Assembly (NCBI GenBank): GCA_964016885.1
Contig: CAXHJY010000461.1
Location: 1 to 64,000 of the forward strand
DNA from: Eledone cirrhosa
Taxonomy: Eukaryota
Length of the DNA stretch: 64,000 nt
Direction: 5' to 3'
In this document: positions 18,523-30,831 of the stretch, piece by piece
Layout: every line of letters starts with the position of its first letter
Position numbering within the stretch: the first letter of the stretch is position 1
The notes under the pieces: model-generated
Database searches by the model: none
What the model saw: the letters and a program-made list of their open reading frames with translations, nothing else
Told to the model about the DNA's origin: nothing
Made by a program: the position numbers and the translations under genes

Positions 18523-19100
18523 AAAAATTTGACAAATACTGTCAAAATGAAACGTTTGTTTTCCTATATATGATGAGAGATTCAAGACTGCATAGAATGA
18601 AGAAGTCCCTTTTGACCTGCAGTAGAGGACATAACATAACCTCTCTAGTTTTTATGTCACAATAGAATGCACTCAGTACTCCCAGAAAAGTGGTTGATGA
18701 ATGAACCAAGCCATCATTATATAGAGACGACCTTTGATCTTGTAGAGGATTTCACAACTTCTACAACAGGAGTCTCAAACTCAAGAACTCAAAAGGTCCT
18801 TTATGTCCTGTGGGTGAGATATAATGTGCCAAAAGTGAGATGTAGTGGTGATTTCCACCAGTTATAATGCTAATCAGCAATATATCAAAACGAATACAAA
18901 TATACTAGTAAATGGGTCATGTGAATTAGTAGAAAATGTAGGGGAACAAATTTTCCTTTGTTCTGCCGTGGGCCATAAAAAAGAAGTTTGTAGGTTACAT
19001 GTGATCCATGGGCTTCATGTTTGAGACCCCTGCTCTATGGTATTGCTGTCATGATAAAATGCACCCAATAGTCTGTAAAGTGGTTGGCAATCAATCGAAA

Positions 19101-19291
19101 ATAATTGTTTCTACTATTGGCAAAAGACCAGTAATTACCCCAGTGCATTATTGGTGCTTTAATTTATCGACCCCGGAAGGATGAAAGATAAAGTTAACCT
19201 TGGAGGGATTTGAACTCAGAATATAAAGGGCCATAACTATGCTGTAAAGCATGGTGTCAGACCCTCTACCAATACAGCTAATCCACCACCC
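19101..19291 (-). mobile_element. tRNA-derived SINE family B (Nin/Deu-like domain)
   Basis: Minus strand: GAGTTCAAATCCC, TTTCATCCTTCCGGGGTCGATAAA; homologous to 48364-48569. Confidence 0.8.
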
Positions 19292-19741
19292 TTGAAAATT
19301 ATATAGGGTAGAAAGGACTCTTCCATCTTTCCAAGTACAAAGTACTGGCTTGCCGATAAAATTCACCCAGTACACTCTGTAAAGTGGTTGATGTTAAGAA
19401 GAGCATCTAGCTATAGAAACCATTCCAAAACATGAACCATATAATCAATATGTGGTCATCTAACCCATCTTGTCTGTGACTACAATGACCTGTACAATGA
19501 AGGTCAGGGAAACTAAATAATAAACAGATCAGATGCTCTACTTCACCATATATCTGTTGTGGTGGAAGAGAGGTAGAGAGGTAGAGAGATAAGTCGGTGA
19601 CGAAAAGAGAAACAGAGAGACGATGATAATAAAAATGGGAATGGTGGAGGAAGTTAATAAGAACAGATCAAATGCCATCAAATCAAATAAAACGAGTTCT
19701 ATTGGATATATAATCTTTGACCAGTATCATTTATTTCTGGG

Positions 19742-19949
19742 TTAACCCTTTAGCATCCACATTACTCTATATTTACTATTGTATTTTCGCAAAAAAGACT
19801 TTATCTCACATAATATTGAATCTACGAGATTTTGATATTTATTTTGAGAATAATACAATCAATATGAGCGGCCAATTATGACTGATTTGAACAGAAAGAG
19901 GTGAGAGAATTCTGGCCAAATATGGCCGGTTTTAATGTTAAAGTGTTAA
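19742..19949. mobile_element. piggyBac-like MITE
   Basis: TTAA-CCCTTTAGCA ... TGTTAAAGTG-TTAA; related copy at 34497-34710. Confidence 0.65.
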
Positions 19950-22096
19950 AATGCTTCAGTTTCTTGTGATTAACAGAATTAAATGTATTTGCATCAATGG
20001 TGATGGAACTAATCTGCACCAATTTTCTCCCTACCCCTGCCATACACCATCCCTATCTTAATATTCACCCACCCAGTTAAGTATCTCAACTTAGACCACG
20101 CACCTCCTGCATACTCATTTTCCACATCCCCTAAACCACTGCCTTCCACACCCAGATATGCCTTTCCTGTCCAAACCCATTCTTCTAGTCTTGCTGTCAA
20201 AACAAAATGCACTTACCCTGTATGATGATAGAGCTGGTGCTACAACCAAAGCACCAAGTCTACCCTGCAAGTTGGTCATGCTGGTGACACAATAAAAAAG
20301 CACTCAGGCTACCCAGTAATGTGGTCATGCACCCAGTCCACCCTAATAGATGGTCATTTTGGGTCTATGATAAAAAGCACCTAGTCAAAACTGCAATGTG
20401 GTTTGTGTTAGGAAGGGCATCTAGCTGTAAAAACGAAGCTAAAAATCAGATCCGTATGAGGAAGACAGTCACCTGACCTGGCTTGTCTCATAACATGACA
20501 ACCCATCTAACCCATGCAAGCATGGAAAATAGACATTAAATAATGATGTAAAGAATGTCTATAGTGTTCTAAGATGAATTTAATGTAGATTCCATAGAGT
20601 AGAGTGGATTCTTCAGTCAAGTCAATGACCAACAACCTTTCTGTAAGGAGGTTGGCATTAGAAAGAACAGCCAGCTGTACGAAGCTTCCCAAAGAAAAGG
20701 GTAAAGAGAACTCTTTCATTATATCGAGGACATGGCAACCTCCATGGTGTTGGTGCCATAAAATACACTGGGTACAACCTGTAAAATGTCGAAATTTGTG
20801 ATGCAGCCCCCAGCCCATCTGAAAGATCAAGTAGCTCTAATTAAGTACTGATTTAATCTGTGACAACCTGCCTAACTCTGTAATTTGGATGTTAAATGAT
20901 GGCGATGATAATATCCACAGTTTATAAGCCTTGCAGTGATAACAAATATGAAAAAATATTCTTTTATTTTCTTTGTACACAGAAAAATACAAGATATTAC
21001 CTATACTACAAGATTCATAGCTAGTTGATTGTTCGTTAAAAGGCAAGCACCACTAGCTTTCTGTCAACGAAAAGAACTTAAGAAAATCGCTATTTATATC
21101 TAATACAAACCAGAACCGAAATGAAAGGACAAGTCTTATTTGAATAAAGGCACCAAATGGGCAAGGTTTTGGTATTAAGCGGCGAGATCTGAACCCAGAA
21201 CACACAAAACTTTACCAGCTAGTATGTTATTTATAGACACGGAAAGGGCGAAAGGCAAAAGCTGACCTGGGTAGGATTTGAACTTGCAACACAATGGGGT
21301 TAAATAAAGACTGCAAGGCATTTCATCTGAATAAAAGACAACGCAGTCGCAACTGGAATGACTGACTGTATGCCTGGTCGATCAGAACCCATGGGGTAAA
21401 CTTGACACATTTCATAGACAGGCAGAGTACATGTACTTGTAGATAATATAATTTAGTCATGCATGAGATATATGCGCGCTGTAATTTAGCCCCAGGCCAG
21501 CCCTGATCGAAGAAACCTATGATCAAAGGCATTTCAACCGTGATCGTCGCGTCTTTTTGTATGTATCTAGGACTACATTATGCAAATAAAGGCGTCCTTT
21601 ATTTATGGCTGATGAATGTCATGAAGGAGATTTGGCTGCTATCTCTAGCAGGTCTAGCGATATGGTTAAAGGGTCCCTTGAACTATATATAATGGTATAA
21701 AACTACGAGTTAGTTGTAAATATTTCATAATTTAATTTCTAAAACAACATACATATATATAGTTATACTTTGGGAGGGCCATGCATGACCCTCCTAAAGT
21801 ATAACAATATCTGTTTCAACACAAATTATATATATATATAAGAGAATACATAAAAAGAACATGTTTTTTCATGACAGGGTGTTTGTTCCCACCACTTTTT
21901 TCATTTTATTAATCTGTTTGATTATAATGTTTTTCCTGTACTTTTCGCAGTTTATATGTCTTTCGCATCCTGTAATGAAAAAACATGTTCTTTTCATGTA
22001 TTCTCTCCTATATATTTTGAAGAGTCCGGAAAAATTTCCTTGAGTTCATTATATTACAGGGAACAACGCGGGTCCTTTACTCCGTTACTTCATTTG

Positions 22097-22157
<61 letters not shown>

Positions 22158-22379
22158 CTGTATATATATATATATACACACAGTCTAATATATGTACACA
22201 CACTGTTATATATATATAAAGTTTATTAAGGCTGGTGAAACATGGAAAAGAGATACCAGCTGGTCTGAAAACACTGTACCCACAACAATTGACAATAAAA
22301 AAAAAACTGAAAAAACTCTGGAAAACTAAATCAGAACAACCTGCCATCCCCTGCACATAATCATAGACTGGAATCAAGG

Positions 22380-24394
22380 TACAAATTGTTGTCCTTGAAT
22401 AAGATACATCTTTTTGATTCCTAGGTCAAAAGTATCGACCCTGACTTCATTACAGTCACGGAAACATGGGCACATTCCTTACTCTGTGATGAGGTCTTCA
22501 GCATAACTGGCTACAACTTGTTTCGTAAAGACCGCATTAATCATGGTGGTGGTGGTGTTGGTCTACGTTCAATCAAATTTTTCAGCAATTCCTTGTGTTG
22601 ATTTGAACCAATCGCAGCAAGAAGTATTTTTCTGCGATATACATATGACCATGTCAACACTGCTACTTGGAGTCGTTTACCGTCCCCCAAATTACCATCA
22701 AGACATTCAACTTTGTGATATCCTCAGAGTTTCTGCCAGGAAAACAGCCACTTATGTTTTTATTGCAGGGGACTTCAATCACCCTGATATTGACAGGGAA
22801 ACCTTTCGTTGACTGCAAATGATTTCCTTGAACTAGTGCTGGACTCGAACTGGTCCCAAGTAGTCACCTCCCCAACAAGACGTGACAACACTTTGCACCT
22901 ACTCTTCACCACTACTCGTGAAATGGTTATTAGTGTTCCTACTGAGGAACCTGCCAATCTATCCTTCATGGGCAGTAACAAAAACCACAACCATCTCCTA
23001 ACTGCTCACTTTGACTAGAACAAAGTAGACTGGAACTGTTACTGCACCAAGCTTCTGGAACTCTCAGTCTTATCCGGCCCTCACAATTTGGATTTATCCC
23101 TAACTCCAGTTGCTGTGATCAACTTATCGAGTTTCTTGGAGACATCATCCAGATCACTGGTGGTGGCTCATGGGTGGATGTTGTTTACCTTGACTTTGCT
23201 AAAGCTTTCAATTCTGTGCCACACAAAAGACTTATGGCAGAACTCTCTGCAATGGGTGTAAAGGATAATCTTTTTAACTGGTTGAAGTCCTTCATTCTCA
23301 GTTGACGTGAGGTAGTCACGGTTCTAGGACAGCATTCCTCATCATTATGAGATGTCATCTGGTGTACCACAGGGATCTGTTCTTGGCTCCCCGTTTGTTT
23401 GTGGCATATATTAATGACATAGATGCCAACTTAAAGAATGTCACAGTGCTGAGGTGTGCAGATGACATCGGGCTGTGCCTTGAGATGGAGGGGACAGATC
23501 CTGAGCACTGTGGATTTTCCCTGCAATCTGACCTGGACACAATGCAACAATGGATCTCAGACTGGCAACTCAAGCTAACTGTGGACAAGTGTACCACCAT
23601 GCATTTTGCAAGTAAAAACCCAGCATCCACATACTCCTTCCACAACATTAATATCAAGGAGTCTTCTTGTGAACATGACCTGGGCATTACGGTCAGCAGC
23701 GATTTGCGTTGGACGAAGCACGTCTCTAAAATTATCAAGGGGGCTGAGGGTGTCTTAGCATCACTCAGCAAGACCTTTGTCAGCCATTCTCCAGCTACCT
23801 ATTTAAAGCTGTATATAGCTATGGTGCAGCCACACTTAGTATTTGCATCACCAGTCTGGAACCCCTATCTTGCTCAGAACATTGGCCGCCTGGGAACTGT
23901 TCAGAGACGTGCAACCAAGCAAATACCCTCCATCAGACATCTACCATATTCTGAACACCTTGCCTCCCTGGGCATGGATACATTGAAGCTCCGACGTCTG
24001 GCAACTCACTTGGTAAACACCCACAAAATTATTAACCATTTTGCAAACAACAACCCCGAGTACCTTTTTGATTTACATGTGTGTAACACACAAAGTCAGA
24101 AAACAGCACAACTCCCATGACTTTTGGAAACATTTTTTCATGCTCAGAGTTGCTCAGAGTGGAACAAACTACCTGCATCAGTTGTTAGCTATGGACACAC
24201 TGCATCCTTTGAAACCTCCATGCTTCCTGAGATTCACCAACACTATACCTGATATCCTGCCTCCATACACACATGTATATCATAACTCTACACTATTCAC
24301 TTCCCTGACATTTGTATATTATTCTATGTACTATACATGCACCTTTGATGAGTTGTAGTGGACCTGAGCACTGTACACAATAATTTCATTATTA
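22380..24394 (+). pseudogene. Degraded CR1-group LINE (APE and RT fragments)
   Basis: VTETW, VYRPP, AGDFNHP, LDFAKAF, CADDI, VQRRATK; many stops; (ATT)n tail. Confidence 0.88.
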
Positions 24395-25287
24395 TCTATA
24401 TATATAAAACTGAGGATGTCTGTCTGTGTGTGTGTGTGTGTTTGAATCTCTAAAACTCGAGAAGCACCCAACCGACTGTTTTCAAACTTTACACATGTAA
24501 TACTTATTTTTCAGGGAGTGTTTTGAGCAAAAAAAATTTCAAATTTTCAATGCCCTAGGGACTGCATTAGGCGATTTCTCTCTATAATTCATAGTCTTTC
24601 TCTTTTTAGATAGATACATACATCTAACGTCGCACCCTTATAATATCTGTCTGTATGCCTGGCTGTCTGCATTACGTCACTTCCCTGAGGATGTCTGTGT
24701 ATGTGTGTGAGTTTGAATCCCTAAAACTCGAGAAGTACCCAACCGATTTTTTTCAAACTTTACATGTGTATTACTTATGTTTCAGCTTTTGATCTCCTAG
24801 GGCCTTATGTTTCAACTTTTTGATCTCCTGGGGCTCGCATTAGGTGAAAATCTGCGTTTTTTAGGGGTTTTTTGAGGCGTTACGTCAGACAGAATTCTTT
24901 AAAATTGTAACTATATATTAGTCAGTCTCTTCTTCATACCGTGAGCAAAGAAAATCCTACTTTTTTATGGCCTAGGGGCCCGCATTAGGTGAAAAACTTC
25001 ATTTTTTCAGTTTTTTAGGGCTTTTTGGAGGCGTTACGTCTAGCCGATTTTCCCGAAATTTCAAGGCATATTATGCACATAAAAAAGAATTATATTATGA
25101 TCCCCTAGGTGAAAACCTGCATTTTCCTGCTTCATCAAGGAAAATCTTAAAGATTATCCAGCCATCAGAGTATTCGGTTTATTTTCTTTACATATTGTCC
25201 AGGCATGCAGTTTTTCTATGATTAGGTCTGTTGGCGGCCCGCGTTCCAAAATACCTTATCCCGAGCAACGCCGGGTATCACTGCTAG
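24395..25287 (+). mobile_element. Non-autonomous Helitron
   Basis: A|TCTATATATATAAAA 5' end; subterminal hairpin CCCGagcaacgcCGGG then CTAG|T; 5' segment duplicated internally at ~24686. Confidence 0.8.
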
Positions 25288-25296
25288 TTATGTTTG

Positions 25297-25410
25297 TGTG
25301 GCTGAGTGGTTAGAGAATTGGATTCACAATCTTGAGGTTGTGAGTTCGATTCCTGAACCGGGCGATGCGTTATGTCCTTGAGCAAGACACTTTATTTCAC
25401 GTTGCTCCTA
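25297..25410 (+). mobile_element. SINE family A 5' fragment
   Basis: TGGCTGAGTGG...GAGTTCGATTCC...TCCTTGAGCAAGACAC. Confidence 0.7.
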
Positions 25411-27310
25411 CCTGGAGTTGCGTCCAATAGTACTAGCAACTGTAAAGAGCAACGGAAACATTGTTTCCTCAGTCGGATTTGACGAAAGTCGATCGATCCT
25501 TTTATATATATACATATATACACGCACACACATTATATATACATATACACACACTATATATACATATATACACTATATATACATATACACACACACTATA
25601 TATATACATACACACACACACACTATATATATATACACACACACAATCTATATATACATATACACACACAATATATACAGACACACACACACAATATTTA
25701 CAATACACACACACAATATACACACACACACAAATATAGATATTAGAATATTAGTTTAACACCATAGTAAAGTCATTAAAAAAATATATTTCATTATATA
25801 CTTTTCTATGAAATGTTTTACTAGTTAAGGAACACACACACACAATTTATATATATCTATGTGGCAAGAATGATAAAGGAAATAAAATTCTTTTAACTTA
25901 ATGTTTTTGTGGGTTTGTTAGTTTTTTTAACTTGGCAATAGATAAATAAAATTTAGTAAGAAAAAATTGTATTATAAAAATGTTCAATGGTGAGTAAAGT
26001 AATAGTGTTCTGATTTAGGCACAAGGCCAGCAATGGGGGGATTAAATTGACTACAGTACGTTACTGGTACTTTATTTTATTTTATCGACCCCGAGAGGTT
26101 GAAAGGCAAAGCTAACCTCGGCGGTATTTGAACTCATGACGTAAAAAGTCGTACCTAAATACCGTAAAGTAATATTAACTAGAGTTCGTTAATTAATCAA
26201 TGAGGGGTGGGGATGGCATGATGTCGCTAATTGGAACTTAAAAGAACAAACACTACCAAATATATAAATTAGGAAGGAATGCGATGAAAACCATATTTTA
26301 ATACTCTTTCACACACACACACATTTTGTCTCTTTCCAAACTCTCTGCCGTCCAATTTGCTTTTCATTCTTCTAGGATCGATAAGTACTGATCGAGTATG
26401 AGGGGGGTAGCTGTATATCATACCTCATTATTTGTGGCCTTTAAATATCAAATATTATTTCGGTAAATTGGATTTAACTAAACAAGCGAGACAAGATTTT
26501 TTTTTTGTATATGCGTATTTATTTATTTTTTGTTGTTGCTTAGCTCAAAATGTTCAATCTTATTTTCAGGTAAAATGTCACTGGATCTACATTATACAAT
26601 AGGATCTTCCTTTGATTTATATGCCTGAGGTACGAATTGAGGGAGACGTGACTGCTATTTCTAGTGTGTCGAGACGCGACCTAGAAACTCCTTCGACATG
26701 CTTTATATATCTATATATAAAATGCGTTGTTTATTTGTTATTCTACATGCTCATTATTTAGTGTGTCTTGGTGTGTAAAAATATACATTACAGATAAACG
26801 CTCATTAATTTCAAGGTTAACTTAGCTTTTCATCCTTACGGGGTCGATAAAATAAAGTACCAGTAATGTACTGTTAATTGCTGGCCTTGTGCCAAAAGTA
26901 GAAACAATTAATTTCAATACGACGTCGAAAGAAAAGGAGGAAAGATATAAACAAAACGGCACGTGTTTGAATAAAAACGATATATATTAATAAAACAATA
27001 CAATTAACAGGTATACATTTGTTAATGAGCGAAGTCGTATTTTTTCAATACAGAAATATATATAAATAAACAAATACCCTTATTTATTGTATGATAAATA
27101 TATATATATATATATATATCATACAATATATAAGGGTATTTATTTATTTATATATATTTCCGAAGAAGCTGATGATTAAATAGTCACTACTCGAATTTTC
27201 AAACTTTTTCAAGTTCGTAATAGGTGACAAATATATATACATATCCAAATATATATATATTAATTTCTCTATTTTCATTTATATATATATATATATATAT
27301 TTAGGAAAAT

Positions 27311-27350
27311 GTATGACTCCGACGGCAGAGCTCTGCCGTCGGGGTCATAC
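27311..27350. repeat. GC-rich near-perfect palindrome
   Basis: GTATGACTCCGACGGCAGAG|CTCTGCCGTCGGGGTCATAC. Confidence 0.9.
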
Positions 27351-27436
27351 TTTTCCCTATTTCCCACTCTACAACCCTAAGTATTGAGTACTCTGGTGCG
27401 TTATGGTCCATCTGGTTCCTTACCACAACTCCTTCG

Positions 27437-27478
<42 letters not shown>

Positions 27479-27594
27479 ATGAGATAATAAAAGAGACATA
27501 TATGTGTTTATATGTAGATGAATTATACCGATAAAAATACATATATGTAATCCAAATCGACGCTAAAAGTATTTCTTCACAAGTAACCAATTAC

Positions 27595-27678
27595 CTTGAA
27601 TGATCGGAGAAAATACCTGCCAGTTATGTTGGTGCCATTGACTTTTGACAAAGGGAACATGTACCTTAACGCCATCAT
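27595..27678 (-). CDS. Candidate first coding exon of a host gene (mitochondrial-presequence-like)
   Basis: ATGATGGCG start; MMALRYMFPLSKVNGTNITGRYFLRSFK has no acidic residues; ends AAG|GTAATT; non-repetitive context. Confidence 0.35.
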
Positions 27679-27944
27679 CAGAAAATACCAGCGCACGTAA
27701 CATTAGCCGGTTCCAAATTATTTCACTATAGAGTTATGCACCAGTTATCTCCCTTTATATAGTTTAACACTTTTCCGGTTTTTTTATTACTTGCTCTTTT
27801 GTGACTTTTTATAATACTTTTTGTGTTCTTCATTTATCTTTCTTTTTTATCACTCTTCCTTAATCACCCGGTTTTATCAGCGCATTACTGGTCTTATTTG
27901 ATCATCGTTATACCAGTTATACCAGTCTACAATAAGTCATTCAA

Positions 27945-28247
27945 AATAATTGTTTCTTCTTTTGGCACAAGGCCAGCAATTATTCCAGTGTATTACTGGT
28001 ACTTTATTTTATCGACACCGTAAGGATGAAAGGCAAAGTTAACCTCGGCGGGATTTGAACTCAGAATGACAAGGGCCGTAACTCTATGCTGCAAAGCGTC
28101 CGACCCTCTACCGATACTGCCAATCCACCGCCATTAGTCATTCAAAATAATTGTTTCTACTTTTGGCACAAGGCCACCAATAACCCAGTGCATTACTGGT
28201 ACTTTATTTTATCGACCCCGTAAGGATGAAAGGCAAAGTCAACCTCG
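27945..28247 (-). mobile_element. SINE family B: one full copy plus a tandem partial copy
   Basis: 27945-28134 full (GGCGGTGGATTGGCAG head); 28146-28247 3' half; each preceded on the plus strand by AGTCATTCAAAATAATTG. Confidence 0.85.
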
Positions 28248-28305
28248 GAATACATTTGCGTCAGATACGCAAGCCTATGTAAGTGTGTATGTATATATAT
28301 ATATA

Positions 28306-28828
28306 CCCCACCAAGGTTTCTTGATGAGGAGGGTGACTTTGGACATCCTGCAGGACTAAATACAAAACCTGTCAAAGGGCAAAGGAGCTCTTAAGAGTCA
28401 ATGGCCATCCAAAATCACCGGAAGAGATGACCCCTTAGCCTTTGTCAAGGCAGAATTCTAGGAGAAGGAAAACTCTGATATAACACCTGCAACCCTGATG
28501 GTATCCAATGATGTTGACTTGTTCTTCTTTTTGGTAAATATCATCTTGGTTAAGAGAGTGGGACTGGCTTTGTGCAGTGCCTTTGCTCACTATAAAAGCT
28601 TCACGGCACAGGCATTGCTTTATATCTGGAGATCTCTCTGCACTTGTCGTTACATGGTACCATGGGCCCAGCACTATGTGTCAATAATTGTCACAAGTGT
28701 AGTGTTTGTACCAGAGTTTTCAAGTCACTGGCTGGACTAAAATGTCAGACTCGTTCGGCGCATCGGTGGGGGTTCTCCTACATGGATATAAAGTAGTGGC
28801 CGTACTCTAAAACGAGTTGGCAGTCACC
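28306..28828 (+). mobile_element. RTE-derived short retroelement (copy 2), starting just after the ribozyme
   Basis: Reverse complement of 6417-6938; flanked by (TA)n. Confidence 0.8.
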
Positions 28829-28916
28829 ATATATATATATACACAATATGAATTATATACATATATATATAGCAAAGGTAAAATTAAATATAGTTTTAAA
28901 ACATAATTTTTCCATT

Positions 28917-28964
<48 letters not shown>

Positions 28965-29076
28965 AATATGCAGAGGTTATATTTAATTTGCTGGGATACA
29001 ACAAGCTTTAAAATATTTTTATAACTGATATAAAGCACTCAACAAGTTAGTGGAGTAAATATACAATATATTGTAG

Positions 29077-29430
29077 ATGTCACGACAAAAAACACACAGT
29101 CCACGCTGTAAATGTGGCCGTGTAGGCAACACGGTAAAAACCTCCCAGCCCCACACTGTAAATGTGGTTGGTGTTAGGAAGGGCATCCAGCTGTAGAAAA
29201 CCCGCCAGACAGTCCACGCTGTAATGTGGCCGTGTAGGCAACACGGTAAAAACCTCCCAGCCCCACACTGTAAATGTGGTTGGTGTTAGGAAGGGCATCC
29301 AACTGTAGAAAACCCGCCAGACAGTCCTATGCGAGCAAGACAACCACTCTTGCCTCAAGTGGGAAAACCCCCGTCCAAACCCATGCAAGCGTGGAACACG
29401 GACGCTAAACCTGATGATGATGATGATGAT
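29077..29430 (+). mobile_element. RTE LINE 3'UTR fragment with internal tandem duplication
   Basis: Nearly identical to ~12480-12713, with a ~115-bp block duplicated. Confidence 0.88.
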
Positions 29431-29465
29431 TAACAAATGGAAACTATATTTATAAAACCATATTA

Positions 29466-29530
29466 ATTTTATTATACATATTTCAAGGGCCACCAAGGCA
29501 AATAATGGTGCGCTTTCATCAGATAAAATA
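29466..29530 (-). ncRNA. Type-I hammerhead ribozyme (mirror copy)
   Basis: Reverse complement of 29654-29719 with a few substitutions; core CTGATGA/GAAA intact. Confidence 0.8.
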
Positions 29531-29653
29531 CAATACAGATTAGTTTTATAAATAAATATTGACATACCCTGAAAAAATCCAGGAAGCTCCAACCGTTAAG
29601 GTTGTCTTTTTTCAGGGTATGTCAATATTTATTTATAAAACTAATCTGTATTG

Positions 29654-29719
29654 TATTTTATCTGATGAAAGCGCGCCATAATTTGCCTTGGTGGCCCTTG
29701 AAATATGTATAATAAAATA
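29654..29719 (+). ncRNA. Type-I hammerhead ribozyme
   Basis: TATTTTAT-CTGATGA-AAGCGCGCCA..TGGTGGCCCTT-GAAA-TATGTA-TA-ATAAAATA; 8-bp stem I. Confidence 0.8.
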
Positions 29720-29777
29720 AATATGGTTTTATAAATATAGTTTCCATTTGTTAATATATTGTATATGTATATATATA

Positions 29778-30126
29778 TTCATTTCATTTTCATTTCATTT
29801 CACTTTACGTCCGCTTTTCCCTGCTTGCAAGGGTGGGACGGGAACTGATTCTGGCTTGATTTCTACAGCTGGATGCCCTTCCTAACACCAACCTCATTTA
29901 CAGTGAGTGCTGGGTGCTTTTTTGCCGTGGCGCCTCCACGACCACTTTGCAGTGGAATGATATGGACCCCAGTCCCTATCATCTCATTTCTACAGCTGAT
30001 TAAACTGGAGCAATGTGAAATAAAGTGTCTTGCTCAAGGAAACAACACATCACCTGGTCTGAGAATTGAACTCACAACCTTTTGATTGCAAGGCCAATGC
30101 TCTAACCACTAAGCCATGTGTCTCCA
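29778..30126 (-). mobile_element. SINE family A
   Basis: Near-identical to 17893-18234. Confidence 0.88.
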
Positions 30127-30315
30127 TATATATGCTATATATATTGGAAAAGTAAATAACAACAACAAGGAGTACAGTTACGAAAGGTGTTAAGCATTAG
30201 TATCACGCTTGAGTGATGGAGGGGTGGAGTATGCGCATGTGTGTTGAACGATGAAAACAAAAGGCGAAGATTATTCAGTTCATTGTTTTACAATCGTTTC
30301 AGAAGATTGATCATA

Positions 30316-30498
30316 TGCGAGGATATGCTGAGAAGCACATAGGCTGACTAAGATACTCTCATGGAATTACCAAATTAGGTTTATTTTTTAACATACTCCC
30401 TGGGGAAAAATAATGAAGTTATTAATAATTATGCGATATTTCACAGCTCTAGCATCACTTCTTCATAATCAGCCTATGAAGTTTTCAGTCGAACCTCG

Positions 30499-30500
<2 letters not shown>
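30316..30500. mobile_element. mariner-type MITE
   Basis: TIRs CGAGG..GCTGAGAAG.ACATAGGCTGA / TCAGCCTATGAAGTTTTCAG..AACCTCG; inverted relative at 63104-63302. Confidence 0.7.
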
Positions 30501-30547
<47 letters not shown>

Positions 30548-30552
<5 letters not shown>

Positions 30553-30812
30553 ACATATTACATATATATATGTATGTAATATGTTATATATATATATATA
30601 TATATATATGTAACATATTACATATATATATGTATGTAATATGTTATATATATATATGTAACATATTACATATATATATGTATGTAATATGTTATATATA
30701 TATATATATATGTAACATATTACATATATATATGTATGTAATATGTTATATATATATATGTAACATATTACATATATATATGTATGTAATATGTTATATA
30801 TATATATATATA
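30548..30812. repeat. Minisatellite of self-complementary units (x5)
   Basis: TGTAACATATTACATATATATATGTATGTAATATGTTA(TA)n repeated. Confidence 0.92.
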
Positions 30813-30831
30813 TTCATATATTTCATTTATT

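Larger units (their letters stand above)
29430..29754. repeat. Fold-back element, ~148-bp arms around a ~29-bp spacer, with one hammerhead per arm
   Basis: TTAACAAATGGAAAC...CCCTGAAAAAA / TTTTTTCAGGG...GTTTCCATTTGTTAA. Confidence 0.92.

Noticed and set aside
22229-22280. Hammerhead-like CTGGTGA...GAAAACACTGTA
   Set aside because: Core mismatch, no convincing stems, and adjacent to a CR1 remnant
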